In this document: piece by piece, positions 18,604 through 28,410 of the stretch
Layout of the letters: each line of letters starts with the position of its first letter
Numbering within the stretch: the stretch's first letter is position 1
NCBI GenBank assembly: GCA_965208105.1
Contig: OZ242318.1
Location: forward strand, 384,001 to 448,000
Source: Candidatus Latescibacterota bacterium
Lineage (GTDB): Bacteria; Latescibacterota; UBA2968; UBA8231
DNA: 64,000 nucleotides
Direction: 5' to 3'
The notes under the pieces: generated by a model
Database searches by the model: none
Seen by the model: only the letters and a program-made list of their open reading frames with translations
Told to the model about the DNA's origin: nothing
Translations under genes and position numbers: made by a program

Positions 18604-19515
18604 TCAGCTGATTTTTACCTCCGGTCTGGCGATTTCCTTGCCCAATCGCGCTGCCTGGTGAATCCAATGGGCCCAATAGAGCCCTTCCAGGGCTTCCTCT
18701 CCGCTCCAGACCGGCCTCCGTCCATGCGAAATACATTCGATGAAGTCCTCGTACTGAAGGCGAAGACCTTCCGGATTCTCTCCCCAGCCGTTATGGAATT
18801 TCATCGTGCCGTGGCGTCCGTACACCTGGAGGGAGACCTCGTTTTGCTCCCCCAGCCCATTTATTTGAACGATTCCTTCCAACCCGCTTTTAAACCACAG
18901 CTGGGCTACCGCGACATCTTCGGCGGGCCGATTCAAGCCCAGGCTTCGAGAATGGGCATATAGTGAATCCAAGGGGCCCAGGTGCCTTCCTATCAAGCTC
19001 AGGTATTCTAGACCATGGAGGAGAATCACTCCTTCTTTTTTGTTTCTCAGGCACTGCCTGGATACGGAAACTTTGAGGTCGAGAAATAGAAGTGGACCAA
19101 TGGTCTGCTCCTCCAGCAACCGGCGCATTTCCGCTTCGAGGGCGGATGACAGGTGCCTGGCTCTGACAGCCAGTTCAACTCCGGCAGAAGAACAGGAATT
19201 CACCACCTCGGAGGCTTGGGAAAAAGTCGCAGCGAAGGGCGACTCGCTGAATACGTGCTTTCCACTCGCCGCGGCCTGAATTATCCAGTAATTCCGTTGT
19301 GGCAAGGAGGTGCAAACAAGCACTGCCTGCACATCGGAGTGGTTTACCGCCTCGGCGTGGTCACCCAGGAGCAATTCCTGCGGCAATCCGCAATCGGAGG
19401 CATTTTCCTCCAGGGAGCATCCGACGAGCCTGGTGCCCTCCAGGCCTTCGAGTGCGGCCAGGTGGTTGTCCAGGCAACATTGCCCCAGGACAGCTAGGCC
19501 GACTGCCGCTCCCAA
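18604..19515 (-). CDS. Gfo/Idh/MocA-family oxidoreductase (divergent)
   Basis: DVQAVLVCT...AAASGKHVFSESP (EKP-like motif), EDVAVAQLWFKSG. Confidence 0.75.
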   Translation of the reverse strand: MGAAVGLAVLGQCCLDNHLAALEGLEGTRLVGCSLEENASDCGLPQELLLGDHAEAVNHSDVQAVLVCTSLPQRNYWIIQAAASGKHVFSESPFAATFSQASEVVNSCSSAGVELAVRARHLSSALEAEMRRLLEEQTIGPLLFLDLKVSVSRQCLRNKKEGVILLHGLEYLSLIGRHLGPLDSLYAHSRSLGLNRPAEDVAVAQLWFKSGLEGIVQINGLGEQNEVSLQVYGRHGTMKFHNGWGENPEGLRLQYEDFIECISHGRRPVWSGEEALEGLYWAHWIHQAARLGKEIARPEVKIS

Positions 19516-19524
19516 TGGCCCTAC

Positions 19525-20472
19525 CTACCTTTTCCCGGAAGCCTTCTGCTGCATGGTGCGGATCAGCCGGTTGTCGAATTCACGCGCCGAGTGATATCCC
19601 TTGATGCGCAGCAGGTAGTTCTGGGCGATGGTCTCGATTATAACCGTTATGTTCTTCCCAGGGAACAAGGGGACCGTAATTTCTGGAAGCTCAACCCCGA
19701 GGATAACTGCGATTTTATCGTCCAGGCCGATCCGCTCGTAGCCAACCTCCTCATCCCAGTCAACCAAGTGCACGATCACTTCGACCCGCTTTTGTTGCCG
19801 GGTCGCCCTGACCCCGAATAAGCGCTGCAAATCCAGAATGCCCACTCCCCTGATCTCAATGTGATCCTGAAGGATTTCAGTGCTGTGACCCACCAGGATT
19901 CCCTGCGCCATACGAGTGATTACAACCGTATCGTCGGCTACCAGCCGATGGCCCCGTTCTACCAGATCAAGGGCCACTTCACTTTTTCCAATGGCGCTCC
20001 TGCCTGTAAAAAGCAGTCCTATGCCGTGCACATCGACCAAGGTTCCGTGGAGGGTGACCTGCGGAGCGAATTTTGCATCGAGGTGAAAATGCAGCAGGCG
20101 AACCAGCTTCGGGGTATTGAATTCGGATTTCAACAAGGGGATATCATATCTATCCGCCAGTTCTCGCAATTCGGGCAGCATGCGCCCTCTTCCCGTTATT
20201 ACCACACAAGGTATATCGAATTGGAAGATGACCTGGAGGGCTTGGCTGCGCCGTTCCTTTGGCAGGCTGCGCAGGTACTCGATCTCGTGATTGCCCAGAA
20301 GTTGCACCAGATTGATCGTGAACAAATCGACGAACCCTGATAGAGCCAGCGCTGGACGATTGGTGTCCGCGCTATTTATCGTGCGATCCAATCCCCGCTC
20401 GCCGGCAATGAGGCGCAGGCCCAAAAGCCGTTCGTAGTTTTTCAACAGATTTCGTATGGAAATTTCGTTCAT
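19525..20472 (-). CDS. hprK: HPr(Ser) kinase/phosphorylase
   Basis: NRPALALSGF, HGTLVDVHGIGLLFTGRSAIGKSEVALDLVERGHRLVADD, HIEIRGVGI; ATG at 20472 overlaps the rsgA stop. Confidence 0.96.
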   Translation of the reverse strand: MNEISIRNLLKNYERLLGLRLIAGERGLDRTINSADTNRPALALSGFVDLFTINLVQLLGNHEIEYLRSLPKERRSQALQVIFQFDIPCVVITGRGRMLPELRELADRYDIPLLKSEFNTPKLVRLLHFHLDAKFAPQVTLHGTLVDVHGIGLLFTGRSAIGKSEVALDLVERGHRLVADDTVVITRMAQGILVGHSTEILQDHIEIRGVGILDLQRLFGVRATRQQKRVEVIVHLVDWDEEVGYERIGLDDKIAVILGVELPEITVPLFPGKNITVIIETIAQNYLLRIKGYHSAREFDNRLIRTMQQKASGKR

Positions 20473-21374
20473 GGCTGTTGCGACAGGTTTTCCATAATGC
20501 GCTGGTACCCTGTGTAGCGAGTGGGAGAAATCTCCCCCCGCCCGACCGCCGAGCGAATGGCACATCCAGGCTCGCTCAAATGCCTGCAATTCCTGAATTG
20601 ACAATTCATTGCCAGGGGTTTCATTTCGACGAAGTAATCAACCAGGGAAGAACAATCGACATCCCAAAGCCCCATCTCCTTGATGCCGGGTGTGTCAGCC
20701 ACATAACCACCCACCTGCAATCGGTGCAACTGCACCGCCGTGGTCGTATGGCGACCACGTCTATGCCTGATCATGATTCCGTGTGTTTTAATGGAAAGGC
20801 GGGGATCTACCCGGTTCAACAGTGATGATTTCCCTACTCCAGACTGACCAGCAACCGCTGAAATCCTGCCCTCGAGCACGGCCTTGAACTCCTCCATGCC
20901 TTCTCCTGTCACGGCGCTGGTGCAGCAGACCCGGTATCCCAGGTCCCGATAGACCCTTGCTATGGCGTCACTCTCATCCTCGCTGTCCAGGTCGATTTTG
21001 TTGAAACAAATGATGGGCTCCATCCCCCCCTTAAGCGCCATGACCATGGACCGGTCGACAAACCCAAGCCTGAGAGGCGGGCTATGGAGGGATGCCACTA
21101 CAACCAGCTGGTCGAGGTTGGCGGCCAGGACCTGCTCGCACGACCTCAGCCCGGTGGCCAGGCGAGAAAACTTGGATTTGCGGGGACGCACCTCCTCGAG
21201 CACCCCCGTGTGATGCTTCACCTGTTTTACCCTGACCAAATCTCCCACTACAACAGGGGTAGTAGCCGTCCGGGCTCCCCTCTTCAGCCTTCCGCGCAAC
21301 TCGCACTGCCAGAGATCATCACCGACCTCCACCAGGTGTTGCATGCCCGACACTCGAATCACTCGCCCAATCAT
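20469..21374 (-). CDS. rsgA: Ribosome small subunit-dependent GTPase A
   Basis: NKID, GQSGVGKSSLLN, RGRHTTT, DTPG, CQFRNCRHLSEPGC zinc finger. Confidence 0.95.
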   Translation of the reverse strand: MIGRVIRVSGMQHLVEVGDDLWQCELRGRLKRGARTATTPVVVGDLVRVKQVKHHTGVLEEVRPRKSKFSRLATGLRSCEQVLAANLDQLVVVASLHSPPLRLGFVDRSMVMALKGGMEPIICFNKIDLDSEDESDAIARVYRDLGYRVCCTSAVTGEGMEEFKAVLEGRISAVAGQSGVGKSSLLNRVDPRLSIKTHGIMIRHRRGRHTTTAVQLHRLQVGGYVADTPGIKEMGLWDVDCSSLVDYFVEMKPLAMNCQFRNCRHLSEPGCAIRSAVGRGEISPTRYTGYQRIMENLSQQP

Positions 21375-21387
21375 TGAATGAGCAGGC

Positions 21388-22110
21388 TCACTCTCCCTTT
21401 TCCAACCTCTCAGCAAGATAGTCCAGGCCGCCGGCTTCGTTGAGTTTTTTCTGGGTTACCTTCACAGGGTATTCCACAGCGTGGAGAAAGACGCACTCGA
21501 GGTCGACGTCCCATATGGCGAAAGCGGCCCGCTCGTCTCCGTTCCTCGGCTGGCCGACACTGCCGGGATTGACCAGGTACTTGTGAGAGCCGATGGCTAC
21601 TTTGGAAGATGTCAAAGGAAAGACCTGGCCGTCCGACTTACAATAAATTCCCGGGTGGTGGGTATGGCCCACAAATCCAATTCGCCAATCGAGACGCTCC
21701 ATACACCAAACTACCTGATCGTAGAGAAACAGGTGGTCCCACTCCTCTGGTTTTACCGGGTTGGCGTGTGAAAAAACGGCTCCAAATTCAACCCTGCGAA
21801 AGGGGTGGGAGGAAAGGAAGTCCAATTCACCGGTGGATAGGCATTCCTTCGAGTGCAGGATCGATTCCCTGGCCATGGGATTCAGGGTCTTCAGGTGTCT
21901 GGGATCTACCATGGCCTGGTCGTGATTGCCAAGGACGCAAGCAGCCTCGACTTCCCTGAGACGATGGATACAGGCCACCGGATCAACACCATAGCCAACA
22001 ATGTCTCCCAGGCAAATAAACCTGTCGACCTTTTCCTTTTCCGACCTGATCAGAACGGCTTCCAAGGCCTCTAAATTGGCGTGAATATCAGCGATAATCG
22101 CCAATTTCAT
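21388..22110 (-). CDS. Metallophosphoesterase (calcineurin-like)
   Basis: DIHAN, GDIVGYG, GNHD, GHTH, NPGSVGQPR. Confidence 0.9.
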   Translation of the reverse strand: MKLAIIADIHANLEALEAVLIRSEKEKVDRFICLGDIVGYGVDPVACIHRLREVEAACVLGNHDQAMVDPRHLKTLNPMARESILHSKECLSTGELDFLSSHPFRRVEFGAVFSHANPVKPEEWDHLFLYDQVVWCMERLDWRIGFVGHTHHPGIYCKSDGQVFPLTSSKVAIGSHKYLVNPGSVGQPRNGDERAAFAIWDVDLECVFLHAVEYPVKVTQKKLNEAGGLDYLAERLEKGE

Positions 22111-22243
22111 TTTGGATGCTCCATAGTAGATAGGAGAAAAGAAGCCTTCAGACCATTTGAATCATGGATTCAATTCTGAATACTCTTGCAAGGTCCGGCG
22201 TCTTCCTTTCCCGATGGAGAGGCATCAGCCCTCGGACGGGACC

Positions 22244-22912
22244 TCAAAGCATTCCGGCAAGGTCTTTCGCCCTTCTCGCTACAGGAGACTCGGAAAAATC
22301 CTTTGTAATTCGGACCAGGATTTCTTTCTGATTGGCCACGTCTCCAACTGCTCCAAAGCAACGCGCGGCTTCAAAAAGAGCCAGAGAGGCTTGCATGGTG
22401 GCGGCATGAGCTTCTGCATATTCCTGGTACAACTTGGCAGCGCGTTGGAATTCTCCCTCAGCCTCCAGGCAGGCGGCTACTCCGCTCCAGGCAGCGAAGA
22501 CCAGGACGTCCAGTGGTTCATAATCATCGAGGTAGGACTGGTAGAGCCGTTGGGCATCGGCGAAGCGTCCCAGAGCAAAGTATCGGTTTGCAAGCAACAA
22601 GGTGCCCTGGGCGGCGGCTGGAGTGCCGGCGTACTCTGCAATTAGCAGTTCGCACAGGCGTATGACCTCGTCAGCCTGCCGATTACCATCTGCGACTATG
22701 GCATCTCCCAATAACGCGCTGGCCTCGACCCTGGCTTCTCTTTGTGAGGAAAGGATGAAATTGATGGACAAGATAACGATGACTACGAAGATTCCTGCCG
22801 CTATAACCAACTGACTGTTCTTCCTGACAAATTCTGCAGCAGACATGGCCCACTCTACGAAGCGATCTTCTTTCAGCTCTTCCTTTGAAAGTTTTTTATT
22901 TGCCTTTGACAT
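22244..22912 (-). CDS. Membrane-anchored TPR protein (YfgM-like)
   Basis: MSKANKKLSKEELKEDRF, then one TM helix, then TPR-like helices. Confidence 0.75.
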   Translation of the reverse strand: MSKANKKLSKEELKEDRFVEWAMSAAEFVRKNSQLVIAAGIFVVIVILSINFILSSQREARVEASALLGDAIVADGNRQADEVIRLCELLIAEYAGTPAAAQGTLLLANRYFALGRFADAQRLYQSYLDDYEPLDVLVFAAWSGVAACLEAEGEFQRAAKLYQEYAEAHAATMQASLALFEAARCFGAVGDVANQKEILVRITKDFSESPVARRAKDLAGML

Positions 22913-22941
22913 AAATGGAATGTCTCCTTTTATGAACGGGC

Positions 22942-23469
22942 TCAATACCGGATGAGTGCTTCGACGCGAAATCCGTTCAAGTTCTGCCTGCCATTCAGAA
23001 ACTCCAATTCTACCAGGAAATTCAGTCCCACGACCTGGGCCCCGATTCGGTCCAGGAGCTGGCATGTAGCCCGGGCGGTACCTCCAGTAGCCAGCACGTC
23101 GTCGACCACCAGGACTCTCTGTCCCTTCCGAATGGCATCCTGGTGGATCTCGACGGCATTATTGCCATACTCGAGTTCGTACTCTTCACAAATTGTGGGA
23201 GCAGGCAATTTTCCCGCCTTGCGTATCGGCACGAAACCACATCCCAGTTCCACAGCCAGAGGGGCGGCCAGAATGAAGCCTCGCGCTTCAATGCCAGCGA
23301 CAAGGTCTATACGCGCGTCCGAGAAAGAGGCGAGCATGGCATCCACAGCCGTTCTGAGGCCCTTCCCGTCCTTGAGCAGGGTGGTAATATCCTTGAACCC
23401 GATTCCAGGTTTTGGAAAATCGGCAACTTCCCGTATTAGATCTTTAAGATAGGAAACAGAATCGGCCAA
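22942..23469 (-). CDS. apt: Adenine phosphoribosyltransferase
   Basis: DFPKPGI.FKDIT, GIEARGF, RKAGKLP, YELEYG, VVDDVLATGGT. Confidence 0.97.
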   Translation of the reverse strand: MADSVSYLKDLIREVADFPKPGIGFKDITTLLKDGKGLRTAVDAMLASFSDARIDLVAGIEARGFILAAPLAVELGCGFVPIRKAGKLPAPTICEEYELEYGNNAVEIHQDAIRKGQRVLVVDDVLATGGTARATCQLLDRIGAQVVGLNFLVELEFLNGRQNLNGFRVEALIRY

Positions 23470-23519
23470 GAGTCCCTGCTTGTTTGTGGCAAAGCCCCAG
23501 AAATTGATCGATCATCCTG

Positions 23520-23680
23520 ATGTCCCGCTGCAGAGACATGCCGCCATTTTCCGCCGGTCCATCCCGGGTCGCGGTGTTGTCATCACTCGCCGTGCATCAA
23601 TGGCAAGGCTCGCCTGGGCGACTGGTGAGCAGGCCGCCTCTGCGGTCCCATTTTGTCAACCAATCTCTGCTACGGGGCAC
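23520..23680. repeat. Diverged second copy of the 8927-9088 MITE (opposite orientation)
   Basis: Colinear over about 161 bp with the reverse complement of 8927-9088 (TGTCCCGCTGCAGAGA...CACTCGCCGT...GTCAACCAATCTCTGCTACGGGGCAC); decayed TIRs; flanks CTG/CAG. Confidence 0.8.
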
Positions 23681-23868
23681 CAGCCCTGATGGAAATCTAC
23701 GTCCTTCGTTCGATAGGATTTTGAATCCGCGCCATGGCCCAGGCACGGTCCACGGCGGCAGCCGGGGATCGATGCCATTGCCCTACCTTTTTGAAATATA
23801 GGAAGTTAGCAACTTCTGGCAAGTCTGGCCAGGCTGGCTCGTGCGGTCACCAGGAGAAGAGCATGATG

Positions 23869-25059
23869 CTAAATTTTTTTCAGAGCCTGGTCGATATCTG
23901 CGAGTAGCTCATCCTCATCTTCAATCCCTACCGCATACCGCACGAGTTCGTCCTTGATCCCGATGGCCAATCGTTCCTCCCTGCTCAGATCATAATATGA
24001 AACCGATGCCGGGTGAGAGACCAGGGTCTCAACTCCACCCAGGCTTGGGGCCAGGTAGGGAATCTTCAATGCATGAACGAAGTTCCGCGTGCGGTCCAGG
24101 TCACCGTCGATGTCGAAACTGACTACTCCACCATATCCGCCCATTTGCTCCTTGGCCACCTTGTGATCGGGATGGCTTTCAAGACCCGGATAGTATACTT
24201 GCTTCACCTTTTCGTGGTTTTCCAAATAGCGGGCGACTTTTTGCGCTGTCCTGTTTTGGCGGGCAACGCGCAAAGCCAGGGTTTTCATCCCCCTTATCAA
24301 TAGATAGGCCGCGTGGGGATCGACCACGGACCCCAGAACTCCTTGAAACTCCTTCAGAGCTTCTATGGTAGGGGTAGATCCGCAAACCGCGCCAGCCATA
24401 AGGTCATTATGTCCTCCCAGGTACTTGGTAGCGCTGTGGACAACCAGGTCGGCACCAAATTCCAAAGGTTTTTGGTTGATGGGCGTAGCGAAGGTGCTGT
24501 CGATGATCACCTTGAGCCGGTTCTTCCTCGCCCAGGGCACTAATTGCACGAGGTCGACGACGTGCAGGTGTGGATTGGTAGGTGATTCCGTCAGGAGAAT
24601 TCGGGTTTCGGGGCGAAGAGCAGCTTGCACTTCATCAAAGTCGCCGGGTTTCACAAAAGTGCTCTCAACACCGAACTTGCTGAAAATTTTGCAGAATTGA
24701 GTTGTCTTTCGATAGCAGTCTTCCATTACGATCAGATGCTGACCACTTCTCAGCATGGCCAACAACACAGTCGTTACCGCACTCATTCCAGTTGGAAACA
24801 AAAGGGCATCCTGCGCCCCTTCCAGCGCAGCGATTTTCAGTTCCGCTACCCTCTGGGTGGGATTGCCATACCTACCGTATTCGAAATGCCCCTTCTTCCC
24901 CGAGGATATATACGCCTCAACCTCGTCGAGGTCTTCGAATATGTAGGTTGCAGTCTGGGCGATGGGATTAACCAGGGACTTGGCGAACTTGATCCTATCC
25001 TCCCCACCGTGCACCGCCCGGGTGGATTGGCTGGCAGAGTTAGCTTTTTCACTACACAT
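23869..25059 (-). CDS. metB: Cystathionine gamma-synthase (Cys/Met PLP enzyme)
   Basis: [43 protein letters not shown]. Confidence 0.85.
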   Translation of the reverse strand: MCSEKANSASQSTRAVHGGEDRIKFAKSLVNPIAQTATYIFEDLDEVEAYISSGKKGHFEYGRYGNPTQRVAELKIAALEGAQDALLFPTGMSAVTTVLLAMLRSGQHLIVMEDCYRKTTQFCKIFSKFGVESTFVKPGDFDEVQAALRPETRILLTESPTNPHLHVVDLVQLVPWARKNRLKVIIDSTFATPINQKPLEFGADLVVHSATKYLGGHNDLMAGAVCGSTPTIEALKEFQGVLGSVVDPHAAYLLIRGMKTLALRVARQNRTAQKVARYLENHEKVKQVYYPGLESHPDHKVAKEQMGGYGGVVSFDIDGDLDRTRNFVHALKIPYLAPSLGGVETLVSHPASVSYYDLSREERLAIGIKDELVRYAVGIEDEDELLADIDQALKKI

Positions 25060-25099
25060 GAGAGTATCTTTCTATGATTCGCAATGAATGTTGAAAAGC

Positions 25100-26446
25100 C
25101 TATGCAAAATATTCATCGACAAGCCTCAACACGGCGCTTCGTACATTCTCGTAATGGGCATCCATTTCAAAAGGTTTGTTGGGATGGCGGGACTCGACCC
25201 CGTGCCCCCCGAGCTCTTTGCGGTGGTAGCTCGTCTTGAAGTCGGTGAATTTCAGCCCGTGGGCCGTCGAAACGACGATCACCTTGCTGTCCGCGGCGAT
25301 TACCTTCCTCTCAACTAACTTGAAAAGAGTGGCCAGGGCTACGCCGGTGTGCGGGCAAGTGAATAAGCCGGTACGGTCGGCAAGGGCAGATGCATTGGCG
25401 AGTTCATCCTCGGTAGCTTGCTCGACGACTCCATTGAACCTCCTCAGTGTCCTGATCGCCCGTTCCCAGCTTACCGGGGCCCCGATCTGAATAGCACTTG
25501 CCAGGGTAGAGCGGGCTTTCTGGGGTTCAAACCCCTCAAAGCCATTGAGGTAGCTCAGGTACAAGGGATTTGCATTGGCAGCCTGAGCCACAGCTATGCG
25601 TGGAAGGTGGTCTATAATTCCCATCTCCTCCATTTCCAGGAACCCTTTTCCAAGTGCGCTCACATTGCCCAGGTTCCCTCCGGGAATGACAATCCAATCC
25701 GGAACTTCCCAGTTGTCCTGTTGTTGTACCAACTCAATGGCAAGCGTCTTCTGCCCTTCGATCCTCAAAGAGTTCATCGAGTTCGCCAGGTAGATATTCT
25801 CTCTGTGGCTTATCTCAGTCGCCAGATTCATGCAGCCGTCGAAGTCCGTATTCAAAGACAGGGTCAGGGCGCCGTTAGCTATGGGCTGCACAAGCTGGTG
25901 CTGCGTTACCTTTTCTCTGGGAAGAAATACGATAGAGGGAATCCCTGCAGCAGCACAATAGGCGGCCAGTGCAGCAGAAGTGTCTCCGGTAGATGCACAG
26001 GCAACGGCCGGAATGTTCTGGCCATCCGCGATCATCTGCTTTACCATCGAGACCAGGACGGTCATACCCAGATCCTTGAACGAACCGGTATGGCTGTTGC
26101 CACACTGCTTGATCCACAGGTCTTCCATGCCGATCTGCCGTCCCAATCGCTCCGCCCAGAAAAGGTTGCTGCCTCCCTCTAAAATGGAAACCACGTTGTC
26201 ATTATCAACATGGGGACAGACCATTTCCTTCTTGCCCCAGACCGAGCTTCCATAGGGGTATTCCGTGCGCATATAACGCAGGTTGAATAGTTTTTTCCAG
26301 GAATCGGGAGGCTTCCTGCACAAAGCATTCATATCGTGACGCACCTCGAGGAGCCCCCTGCAATGCTTGCATTCGTAGACAACCTCGTCCAGGGGGTAGC
26401 GTTCGTCCTCACAACTCAGGCACTGGAACCAAGCCTTGTAGACCAT
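25100..26446 (-). CDS. thrC: Threonine synthase
   Basis: HTGSFKDLGMT (PLP lysine), CASTGDTSAA, RIEGQKT, PGGNLGN, STAHGLKF. Confidence 0.93.
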   Translation of the reverse strand: MVYKAWFQCLSCEDERYPLDEVVYECKHCRGLLEVRHDMNALCRKPPDSWKKLFNLRYMRTEYPYGSSVWGKKEMVCPHVDNDNVVSILEGGSNLFWAERLGRQIGMEDLWIKQCGNSHTGSFKDLGMTVLVSMVKQMIADGQNIPAVACASTGDTSAALAAYCAAAGIPSIVFLPREKVTQHQLVQPIANGALTLSLNTDFDGCMNLATEISHRENIYLANSMNSLRIEGQKTLAIELVQQQDNWEVPDWIVIPGGNLGNVSALGKGFLEMEEMGIIDHLPRIAVAQAANANPLYLSYLNGFEGFEPQKARSTLASAIQIGAPVSWERAIRTLRRFNGVVEQATEDELANASALADRTGLFTCPHTGVALATLFKLVERKVIAADSKVIVVSTAHGLKFTDFKTSYHRKELGGHGVESRHPNKPFEMDAHYENVRSAVLRLVDEYFA

Positions 26447-26636
26447 TTCCAATCCACAGGAGACCTTGCTGATCCAACCCCGTATTTCCAATGGGCCTGG
26501 CGGCGCTGGAGGAGGCGAGCAGCAAAGACATGGTATGCGCTACGAGCGACATTGCCTTCAGCATAGGGGCAGTATTCAACTTCAAACGCCGTTCAAAAAA
26601 TTTGGATGGAAAACAGGCTTCCTTGCCGCCACCAAC

Positions 26637-27200
26637 CTATTTTCTCCCGGGGGTCCAGATCCCATACAGGCGGCGCAATAAAATTTGCAACAGGAGAATG
26701 GTAATGATGGTCTCAGGAATGATATAACTGCCGTTATAGATCAGTGAATACAGCCATACTGGCTGGCCCGCCGGTGCGAGATGGCCGAAGAAGACCATGC
26801 CGGAAACAAAATGGGAACAAAACCTTGCCCCATTCCCAACGACCACTCCAAGGAGGATTCCCGCCCGCGTGCGGATGCTTGAAGAATTCTCCGGTCCAAG
26901 CCTTACAGCTGTCAACCCGGCAAGTCCCACGGCTCCAAATGCGACCGGGTAATCCAAAAGGACCTGGACGGGATGAAATAGAAAGGGACTGATCAGCAAT
27001 TCTGCCAAACCATAGATCGCACCGGCGGCGACACCTGCTTTCCATCCATGCCGAAAGGCAACGACGAATATGGGAAGCATGCGCAAGCTTATCGAGCCGC
27101 CGTATGGCAAGCGCGGAACCGGCAGCATCTTGGAGACCAAGTCCAGCACAATTGCAAGTGCAACCGCCATTGCCAACTCTGCAAGAAGTTGGATTCTCAT
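26637..27200 (-). CDS. thiT: ECF transporter S component ThiT (thiamine)
   Basis: LPYGGSISL.MLP, HPVQVLLDYPVAFG, HFVSGMVFF, WLYSLIYNGSY. Confidence 0.85.
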   Translation of the reverse strand: MRIQLLAELAMAVALAIVLDLVSKMLPVPRLPYGGSISLRMLPIFVVAFRHGWKAGVAAGAIYGLAELLISPFLFHPVQVLLDYPVAFGAVGLAGLTAVRLGPENSSSIRTRAGILLGVVVGNGARFCSHFVSGMVFFGHLAPAGQPVWLYSLIYNGSYIIPETIITILLLQILLRRLYGIWTPGRK

Positions 27201-27402
27201 TCAATGATTCAACGCCCCTGGTTGCGGATCAAATCCTCAGTTACGAATTTCCGTCAAATTCCGGGAGTCTTCAGATAGTTATCTTCCCTCCGGTACCCGG
27301 AACGACACCGGATCTTACCAGTGGACAAAGCGATGGTCGAAGGGCGGGTACTCCTTTCACCCATTCAAAGGGGATATGTTGCCTCGGTGAATTCGGCAAA
27401 AG

Positions 27403-28404
27403 CTAATTCATCCGCTGAATGATCATGAACCCCATTGACACCCGGACAATTTCGCTTATTTCACCCACCTGTAACTGCATAACGGCTGCTTCAAATTCCG
27501 ACATTAACTCTCCTGCTCCGAAAAAGTCGGTATCCCCTCCAAACTGGGCATTTGGTGCCAGGGAAAATTTCTGAGCAAGTGAACCAAAATCCTCCCCGCT
27601 TTCGATACGCTGCAGCAAATCCCTTGCAGCTGCCTGACTCTTGACCAGAATGTAGCGCGCCCGCACCTTCCCATCCATTATTGCCCTCACCGCCTCGATC
27701 TGGAGGTTGGTTGTGTGAGCTTCAAAGGCGTCCCCGGCCAGGTCTTTTGCGCGTTTGTAGTACTCGAGAGCCTGCCTGTATTGTCTTTGCCTGGCATGAA
27801 GAAAGGCAATGTTATTATGGGCTTCGAAGTCATTGGGCAAATAGTCCAGGATTTTCTCAAAATGCTTCCTGGCCGTATCGAAGGAATCGGCGTGGGTGAA
27901 GTAGAATCCGAGGAAGCGGTGGGCTTCGGGATTGCGCGTATCGATTCGGAGAGCGCTATCGAGATGGGCCTTGGCCTTGAGGTGCTCTCCGGCTTGAAGG
28001 TAGAGACCACCAAGCGAACTGTGAACCGCACCCGCATCCGGGGCAAGAACCAGGGCTTCCTTGACGTAGTGAATGGCCGAATCAAGCTTGCCGCTCGCCA
28101 GGTAAATTTCTCCCAAGCGGGAATAGACCGAAAGCTGGCCGGGCCTTTCCCTCAGTGATTTCCGGAAGGTGGTCACTGCCATGTTGAAGTTCTCGACCCT
28201 CAAATAGGCTTCCCCCAGGCGATTGAGGAATTGGGCGCTTCCGGCGCCAGCGGCCAGAGCCTTTTCATACTCTTCGATTGCCCTGTCCAGCTGACCCTGT
28301 GAAGCGAGCAGGTCCCCCTGCTGCACGTGCTTCAGGATTGATGATTCAGAAAATGCCGGGGCAAAGGCCAGGCATACCAAAAGAACAAAAAGAATGCTTC
28401 TCAT
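27403..28404 (-). CDS. Secreted TPR protein with C-terminal parvulin (PpiC) peptidyl-prolyl isomerase domain
   Basis: Signal peptide, several TPRs, then VRARYILVK...GEDFGSLAQKFS...GGD..FF...EFEAAV..LQVGEIS. Confidence 0.85.
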   Translation of the reverse strand: MRSILFVLLVCLAFAPAFSESSILKHVQQGDLLASQGQLDRAIEEYEKALAAGAGSAQFLNRLGEAYLRVENFNMAVTTFRKSLRERPGQLSVYSRLGEIYLASGKLDSAIHYVKEALVLAPDAGAVHSSLGGLYLQAGEHLKAKAHLDSALRIDTRNPEAHRFLGFYFTHADSFDTARKHFEKILDYLPNDFEAHNNIAFLHARQRQYRQALEYYKRAKDLAGDAFEAHTTNLQIEAVRAIMDGKVRARYILVKSQAAARDLLQRIESGEDFGSLAQKFSLAPNAQFGGDTDFFGAGELMSEFEAAVMQLQVGEISEIVRVSMGFMIIQRMN

Positions 28405-28410
28405 GTCTCC

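Noticed and set aside
26409-26564. Possible leader peptide upstream of thrC (MLKAMSLVAHTM...)
   Set aside because: It has no run of Thr, Ile or Met codons and no attenuator hairpin, and it overlaps thrC. No SAM riboswitch core was seen.
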